Sequence record: OR805292.1
Reading direction: 5' to 3' (one strand)
DNA length: 64,000 nt
Shown here: one piece after another, positions 58,182 through 64,000 of the stretch
How positions within the stretch are numbered: position 1 is the first letter of the stretch
Layout: each line of letters opens with the position of its first letter
Position numbers and translations under genes: made by a program
The notes under the pieces: model-generated
What the model was told of the DNA's origin: nothing
What the model saw: only the letters and a program-made list of their open reading frames with translations
Database searches by the model: none

Positions 58182-58269
58182 TGCCCCTTTATTTGTATCC
58201 TATAATGAAAAATTGTTAGTTACTGATAAATATGTTTATCGTAATAACGAGACATTAATAGGAGAATGT

Positions 58270-58890
58270 ATGGCAACATTAGACAAATTTGGGGTACCAA
58301 GTTCGGCAGGTTCAGAACGCGGTATTTTGCAACCCAAGCTCCAGTACAAGTTTCGCGTGAGTTTTGATGGTTTTGGTGATGGATCTAATTCTCGCCAGTT
58401 AACCCAGAGCGTAGTTTCTGTCGAAAGACCGAAAATAAACCATGCGTCGACTGCTGTTCATTCGTATAACTCTGTAGCATATGCTATGGGGAAACACGAA
58501 TGGCAAACTATCGAAATTGTATTGCGTGACGATATTCAGAACTCAGTTGTTAATGTAGTTGGTAAACAATTGCAGAAACAAATGAACCATTTTGAACAAT
58601 CTAGCCCAGTAGCTGGTAGAAACTATAAATTTACTATGAGAATAGAATCTCTAGACGGAAACAACAATACTGCACCATTAGAATACTGGGATGCAGAAGG
58701 TTGTTTTTTACTTGATGTAAACTATGGTTCTCGTGCATATGATAGCTCTGAGCTTACCTTAATAACCCTTACTGTTCGTGCAGATAACTATACTCATCAT
58801 GCAGGCGGCAACGAAGTTGCACTCGGTGGCGATCCGTTTACTGACGACGACGCCGGATTACGCGGTGCACCTGGTGCTCGTGTAAACTAA
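58270..58890 (+). CDS. Tail tube protein (gp19-like)
   Basis: LQPKLQYKFRV, GKHEWQTI, GCF...NYG..Y, ITLTVRADN; start moved to ATG 58270 after SD ggag. Confidence 0.88.
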   Translation: MATLDKFGVPSSAGSERGILQPKLQYKFRVSFDGFGDGSNSRQLTQSVVSVERPKINHASTAVHSYNSVAYAMGKHEWQTIEIVLRDDIQNSVVNVVGKQLQKQMNHFEQSSPVAGRNYKFTMRIESLDGNNNTAPLEYWDAEGCFLLDVNYGSRAYDSSELTLITLTVRADNYTHHAGGNEVALGGDPFTDDDAGLRGAPGARVN

Positions 58891-58949
58891 TAAGAAATCT
58901 GCAAGCTATTTTACTTAGCTTGCAGTTATTCTTTTTATTGGATTTATAT

Positions 58950-60428
58950 ATGGCATTTGATGATATATTCGGTACAATAGCCGGCGCTGCTGGCGATATA
59001 TTTGGGGCAACAGTGGGAGAAGCAGGAAATATTTTGTCTTCTGTTGCTACTCGGTCTGCTAAGAAATTTTTAGGCGGTTTAATTGGCGACGGGCATGGCG
59101 CATATCTAAGAGATAGTAGACATGCAACATATAATTTTGGTCTTAGGGGTTCGTATATACAACAGAACTATCCTAGGTCTAAGTTTCAATATCTTGTAAA
59201 AATAAACTATAATACTATAGATCCGGTAAAATCGTTTGTTGATACTTATTTAAATAGAGATGAACAAGATATGATAGTTCCTCTAATAAAACGTATCGAT
59301 ATGCCATCTATGCAAATAGATACAGAAAAATTAAATCAATATAATAAATGGCGTATTTCTCAAACAAAGATAAAATTCCAGCCCATTACAATGGTGTTAC
59401 ACGATGTAGTAGATGGAAAAACATTACGTTTTTGGGAAATGTATTATGAATATTATTTTAATGACGGTGTTTACGCCAAGAAAACATCAGATTCTATAAG
59501 TAATTTTGATCCCATTAGAAATACATTAAGAAGGGGCGAGTTAAACGTATCTGAGTTTTATAATGATATTATCTCTAAAGAAGGTGTTTTTAAACGAGAT
59601 TTTGGATTTAGGTTAGATACTCAAGTGTTTAATACAACTTCATTTATAGGAAAATATAGTAGATATTTGTTTGACTCTATTGATATATACCAGGTTCACG
59701 GACAATCATATTCCAGGGCAAGATTAGTAAATCCCAGAATAACAGATTTTAGACATGATGCATTAGCATATGACAATTCTAGTGATTTAATGGAATTAAC
59801 ATTTACATTTGAATACGAAGATGTAGTGTATGATAATTTTGTTAGGCCATTAGCTGAAACTGAACTTGAATTTTATGATAATGCTAATAATTTAGAATTA
59901 GATTATCAACCGGCACGCCCGCCAGTTAGTGTTAGGGTAAGAAACGACAGTACTGAAGGTGGTTTCGGCAGATCTTCGTCTGGATTAGGTAATGTATTAG
60001 GTGATATTACAGGGGATATATTCGGCGGAATTCGGTCTGGTGTATCTACAGTTTTAGATGCAACAGGTGTAAATGGTGTGTTAGATAATATAGGAGTAGG
60101 CGCAGTATTAGGAAGTGCTGCTAATAGCGTATTGGGAAATATTGAGCGAAATGTAACAGACTATGTTACTACTTTTCCTGAAAATGCAGCCAGGGCAGTG
60201 GGTGAAAGTATATTTACAGGAGAAGTAGAATTCCCGGTAGATCCGAAAGGTTCTATGAGAAAAATATTAGATCAAGCAAAATCAGAAACTACTGGAACTA
60301 TACGAAGAACATTTGAAACTGGTGTAAATACTGCTATAACTGGTGTTTTAAATGGCGCAGGAAAAATTATAGATAATCCCAGGGGATCTAGAAATACAAA
60401 CGTATCTAACAGGAGTGTTGGATTATAA
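58950..60428 (+). CDS. Tube-fold baseplate/tail initiator (gp54-like) with Gly-rich extensions
   Basis: KRIDMPS.....LNQYN.....KI.FQPITMVLHDV; LTFTFEYE. Confidence 0.65.
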   Translation: MAFDDIFGTIAGAAGDIFGATVGEAGNILSSVATRSAKKFLGGLIGDGHGAYLRDSRHATYNFGLRGSYIQQNYPRSKFQYLVKINYNTIDPVKSFVDTYLNRDEQDMIVPLIKRIDMPSMQIDTEKLNQYNKWRISQTKIKFQPITMVLHDVVDGKTLRFWEMYYEYYFNDGVYAKKTSDSISNFDPIRNTLRRGELNVSEFYNDIISKEGVFKRDFGFRLDTQVFNTTSFIGKYSRYLFDSIDIYQVHGQSYSRARLVNPRITDFRHDALAYDNSSDLMELTFTFEYEDVVYDNFVRPLAETELEFYDNANNLELDYQPARPPVSVRVRNDSTEGGFGRSSSGLGNVLGDITGDIFGGIRSGVSTVLDATGVNGVLDNIGVGAVLGSAANSVLGNIERNVTDYVTTFPENAARAVGESIFTGEVEFPVDPKGSMRKILDQAKSETTGTIRRTFETGVNTAITGVLNGAGKIIDNPRGSRNTNVSNRSVGL

Positions 60429-60883
60429 TGGCACTTGATAGATTTAGTATAGACATGTTGAAGCGTAGAGGTGCTTCTAAGAAAGTAATACAAACGGGTT
60501 CGTCTTTAGTTAACACATTTGAAAATGGATCTGGCTTTGATAATGCTTTGGATGCTACTAGTCTTATTCTAGACAATTACGGAAATTCTTCAGTTGGCGC
60601 CGTTAATTCGAATATGTTTTTTGCTCTACGATCATTTTTTGTAAGTAAACATACTTCTTTACCTAACGCAGAAACCCTAGCATTAATGATGTTAGATGCA
60701 GCTAAGCTACTAAATAAACCACCGATGACATTAGCAGAAGAAGTGGCAAGTACGGGACAATTAATGTTAGGAAATGACACATATACTGTATTAAATTTTT
60801 TAAGACCTGCCGGAGAAAAGCAAAATCTATTAATAATAAACGATAATTCTGGGAAATTCAGAGGAAGGAACGTCAAATTATAA
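60428..60883 (+). CDS. Hypothetical structural-region protein
   Basis: Coupled ORF between tail and head-completion genes. Confidence 0.65.
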   Translation: MALDRFSIDMLKRRGASKKVIQTGSSLVNTFENGSGFDNALDATSLILDNYGNSSVGAVNSNMFFALRSFFVSKHTSLPNAETLALMMLDAAKLLNKPPMTLAEEVASTGQLMLGNDTYTVLNFLRPAGEKQNLLIINDNSGKFRGRNVKL

Positions 60884-61311
60884 TGGGTAGTTACAAGCAA
60901 GGAACGTATATTCCGAAGAATCCCGGAAAATATATAGGAAAAAAATTACCATACTATAGATCTGCATGGGAATATAAATTTATGCAGACAGTTGACGAAA
61001 ATATGGCTGTAATTGAATGGGCCAGCGAACCCATTTCTATTCCTTATTTTAATCCAGTTACAAACAAACAATCGTTATATGTGCCAGATTTTTTAATGGT
61101 ATACGTTGATAGTAAGGGCAACAAACACACCGAAATAGTCGAAATAAAACCGAGAAAAGAAACATTTTTAGAACATGCTAAAACTAAACAAGATAAATAT
61201 CGGTTAGCAATGAATGCAGCAAAATGGCAAGCAGCCGCTAAGTTTTGCGCTGCACGGGGTATAAGATTTAGAGTAATTAACGAAGACCATATTTATAGGA
61301 ATCCTAAATAA
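60883..61311 (+). CDS. Head completion nuclease, gp4-like (TnsA-like fold)
   Basis: PKNPGKYIG, YRSAWE..FM, WASE...IPY, YVPDF, EIKP. Confidence 0.9.
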   Translation: MGSYKQGTYIPKNPGKYIGKKLPYYRSAWEYKFMQTVDENMAVIEWASEPISIPYFNPVTNKQSLYVPDFLMVYVDSKGNKHTEIVEIKPRKETFLEHAKTKQDKYRLAMNAAKWQAAAKFCAARGIRFRVINEDHIYRNPK

Positions 61312-61312
61312 C

Positions 61313-61819
61313 ATGACTAAAAGATTAGAAGAAGTATTTGATTTTGTTTCGTTTGACGAAGAAGCGCCAGCAGAAATTATAGAAACTGCTAACGAAGAGG
61401 ATGTTTCTGGCCAAATAGTAGACATAAATTCTCAATCGGATAAAATTGATGCAGCATTAGTTGGTGTAACTCATTTGGATAGTCATGACAGAGATATGGA
61501 TGAAATTGCAAAAACTGCAATGGATGCATACCGCGATTTGTGGGATATAAGTCAAAACATACATGATGCCCAAGTAGGTAAAGTGTTAGAAGTGGCACAT
61601 AATATGCTTAAAACTGCCCAGGACGCCAAGGAAGCAAAAAATTATAGAAAATTAAAAATGGTAGAGTTACAAATTAAAAAAGCAAGATTGGATTGGGAAA
61701 TGACTCATAAAAAAACGTCCACAGATGCCCCTGCCGGATCTAATGGTGTATATTTTGATAGAAATGAGCTAATCGGTCTTCTTTTAAATAAGGATAATGA
61801 TAACTCTGCAGATAAATAA
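61313..61819 (+). CDS. Possible terminase small subunit / helical protein
   Basis: Helical MTKRLEEVFD...D.EMD..A..A pattern and position; weak. Confidence 0.4.
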   Translation: MTKRLEEVFDFVSFDEEAPAEIIETANEEDVSGQIVDINSQSDKIDAALVGVTHLDSHDRDMDEIAKTAMDAYRDLWDISQNIHDAQVGKVLEVAHNMLKTAQDAKEAKNYRKLKMVELQIKKARLDWEMTHKKTSTDAPAGSNGVYFDRNELIGLLLNKDNDNSADK

Positions 61820-61843
61820 AATAAATTATAAAGGAAGATATAA

Positions 61844-62446
61844 ATGAAATCTTTCAGAGATTATTACGATGCGTCAAAACGCAAATATTCGTTTGTAATT
61901 AAAATAGCTACAGACGAAATAAATTCTGAACAAAAATCTGTATTAGAATCTAGTTTAGTAAAATATGATATACTTTCATTTTCTAATTTTAAAGAAACTC
62001 CTTATCAATTAAATCCGTTAGATTTTCCTAATATACCTTGTTCTAAAGTATTCATAGCAGAAATAGAGATGGTATATCCGGCTACACCGGATTTATTAAG
62101 AAATTATATATCTAAAGCACTTTGTATAAAAGAAAGCAATGTTCTGGTATTTACGTCTGAAGATCCTAGATTAGAAGACGCAAAAGAATTCGTGTACAGA
62201 CAAAGTAAAGAATACAAAGATAATTATAAACCAGTATTAGGTTCGGAAGAAATATGGAAAACTGAAGCACCATATGGCGACGAATCAGTTAAAGAAGCAC
62301 TAGCGGCAGCTCCTGCAAAAGAAGATAGTTATGTAACTAACAATCTAATTCCGGCGCAAAAACTAGATAAAATAAACAATAAAGAAGTTGTAGTTCCTAA
62401 TAACAATGCTGTTATAGGTACTAATGATTATAGAAATAAAAGATAA
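61844..62446 (+). CDS. Hypothetical late (virion) protein
   Basis: GATAAATA at 61811; SD aagga. Confidence 0.65.
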   Translation: MKSFRDYYDASKRKYSFVIKIATDEINSEQKSVLESSLVKYDILSFSNFKETPYQLNPLDFPNIPCSKVFIAEIEMVYPATPDLLRNYISKALCIKESNVLVFTSEDPRLEDAKEFVYRQSKEYKDNYKPVLGSEEIWKTEAPYGDESVKEALAAAPAKEDSYVTNNLIPAQKLDKINNKEVVVPNNNAVIGTNDYRNKR

Positions 62447-62475
62447 AGGGCCCAGGGTCCTAGATAGGAGAAATC

Positions 62476-63972
62476 ATGTTTAATATTAATGACATTCTGC
62501 GTCTAGCAGGAGTTCAGGCAGTTAGAGAATCAGAAATATGCGATGATAAAGACTGCACTGATGCCGAATGCCCTGTGCATGGCAAAGACAAAGTAGAAGA
62601 AACTGCATCTGCAGGAGCATCATCAGCAGGCGGAATAGCTTCTGTTGCAAAACCATTTACCGAAGATGACGACGATAATTATGATTGGTTGGCAGCCCAA
62701 CAACGTCGTTCTCGCCAATATCGCCCAGGCGAATTTGAATTCGATGAGGCTAGTAAATTAGATGAAGAAAAGGATGAAGATGGAAATAGAATTTTCCACA
62801 CATTTAAATCTTGGGTCCGCGCATGTAAAGCATTAAAACCCGGTGTTAGATTCGAGGGTGACGAAGACATATGCCAGGCATTCGGCTGCGGCGAATGGGA
62901 TGGAGAAACCGGATATATTTCTAAAGATGCTCCGTATCCTACTAAATGGGATAATTCAGTTAATGAAGATTCTGCGTTTGATAAATTAGCAGGAACTGCA
63001 GATGATTATTCTGATGATATTTCGTTTGGCATAGATGATAACGATGACGTTACACATTACAGAAATAACTTTGAAGTAACTGATGTCGATGATATGATAC
63101 AAGATATACTTGCATATAGTGATATATATAGGGATCAGGCAAAACTAGAAACTTTACCATATGCAGTTATAAAGCGAATTCACGATAAAGTTATGGGTGA
63201 AACATTTGAATCTACTTTAGATGAAATATCTAAATTAGCTGGAATATCTAACGTAGAAGAAAGTGTGCATGATATGGATATTCCTAAGACCGGATATGCA
63301 TTTAATGATCCTAAAAAAGACCCTACATTAGATGATGATTACAAAGCTGTTTCTTTAGAAGAATTAGAGAATGCATATAGAATTCTTAAAAACGCAGGCC
63401 TTAATGTATCTGCAGAAGAAATAAAAACAGTAATAGATAGAAGAAAAAATGTGTCAGAGGCATCGCCTAATTTAGATAAAGCAGCTAGTGATTATACTTT
63501 AAAAAATTTCGGTGACTTCGATAATGACGATGAAGACGACGAAGATCTAAATGATTTAGAAAATTCGGAAGATTTTGAAGATATACCTGTAGATTTTGAT
63601 ATAGATCTTGGACCAGGAACAGTCGGAAGCGAAGTTGCTAATTCAGTAGATGATGTTGCAGAAATTATAGCAGATATATTGATGACTAGTAACAAGTATA
63701 ATAGCGAGCAAGAATTAGTCAATATGCCAGTTCAGAGACTTCGTGCTATACATAAATCATTAATGGACGAAGGTGCGGTCACTTCAATAAATACTAATAC
63801 AGTAGATGCTAACGACTATTTCCCTAACGGATATGATGGAAATGTAGTAGGCGCAGCTGGACCGTCTAGTGCAAAATCTGGCGATAATGCTTTACAAAAA
63901 GCATTTGCATCCGAGAGTATAGATGATATAAGAGCGTCGTTGCATGAAGCCCTTAATAAATTTAAAGGTTAA
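62476..63972 (+). CDS. Very acidic putative internal head protein
   Basis: Asp/Glu-rich; LRLAGV and SKLAGI motifs like the scaffold C-terminus; repeated hydrophobic-x-E sites. Confidence 0.55.
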   Translation: MFNINDILRLAGVQAVRESEICDDKDCTDAECPVHGKDKVEETASAGASSAGGIASVAKPFTEDDDDNYDWLAAQQRRSRQYRPGEFEFDEASKLDEEKDEDGNRIFHTFKSWVRACKALKPGVRFEGDEDICQAFGCGEWDGETGYISKDAPYPTKWDNSVNEDSAFDKLAGTADDYSDDISFGIDDNDDVTHYRNNFEVTDVDDMIQDILAYSDIYRDQAKLETLPYAVIKRIHDKVMGETFESTLDEISKLAGISNVEESVHDMDIPKTGYAFNDPKKDPTLDDDYKAVSLEELENAYRILKNAGLNVSAEEIKTVIDRRKNVSEASPNLDKAASDYTLKNFGDFDNDDEDDEDLNDLENSEDFEDIPVDFDIDLGPGTVGSEVANSVDDVAEIIADILMTSNKYNSEQELVNMPVQRLRAIHKSLMDEGAVTSINTNTVDANDYFPNGYDGNVVGAAGPSSAKSGDNALQKAFASESIDDIRASLHEALNKFKG

Positions 63973-64000
63973 TATTATGTTAAGGAAATAAAAGGGTGTT

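Noticed and set aside
43208-58269. ORF-track upstream starts for glutaredoxin (43208), rIIA (45097), 51112, dNMP kinase (53035) and tube (58213)
   Set aside because: They overlap promoters or upstream genes and lack SD sites; downstream starts with SD match the family N-termini.
60883-61311. TnsA-like transposase / mobile element
   Set aside because: The fold is shared, but size, motifs and head-gene context fit T4 gp4 head completion protein; no other Tn7 genes or terminal repeats.
1-64000. Numerous 60-220 aa ORFs antisense to long genes (e.g. 7785-8150, 13901-14263, 20637-20984, 51783-52346, 54354-54755)
   Set aside because: They lie wholly opposite well-supported genes, are Ser/Phe/Leu-rich as expected for antisense shadows of A-rich coding strands, and lack SD sites or motifs.

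Overview
AT-rich segment of a large T4-related (jumbo-type) myovirus genome, read in the standard genetic code. A SAR endolysin, spanins and sigma70-type promoters point to a Gram-negative, probably gammaproteobacterial host (inference). The window holds most of the virion module: baseplate (gp6/gp25/gp5/hub/gp53-like), tape-measure-like protein, portal, prohead protease, scaffold, major capsid, neck proteins, sheath, tube and four fibre genes. It also has a gp55/gp47/gp46/Holliday-resolvase block, a split lysis cassette, rIIA/rIIB, DHFR, glutaredoxin, dNMP kinase, an M3 oligopeptidase and two free-standing endonuclease genes. The most unusual signals lie outside the ORF track: (1) a promoter-driven, ORF-free, extensively base-paired 0.9-1.2 kb RNA candidate (10993-12190) with a 14-nt long-range pairing, followed by a basic Zn-ribbon protein; (2) a second ~285-nt multi-helix RNA candidate (38193-38485); (3) a probable programmed -1 frameshift extending the gp26-like hub/tail chaperone; (4) an unannotated ArfA-like 50-aa ORF whose terminator precedes its stop codon; (5) a GATAAATA late-promoter motif; (6) recurrent terminator palindromes with stop codons in their loops. 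All protein assignments come from motif recognition by eye and all RNA structures from manual pairing; no searches or folding programs were run.
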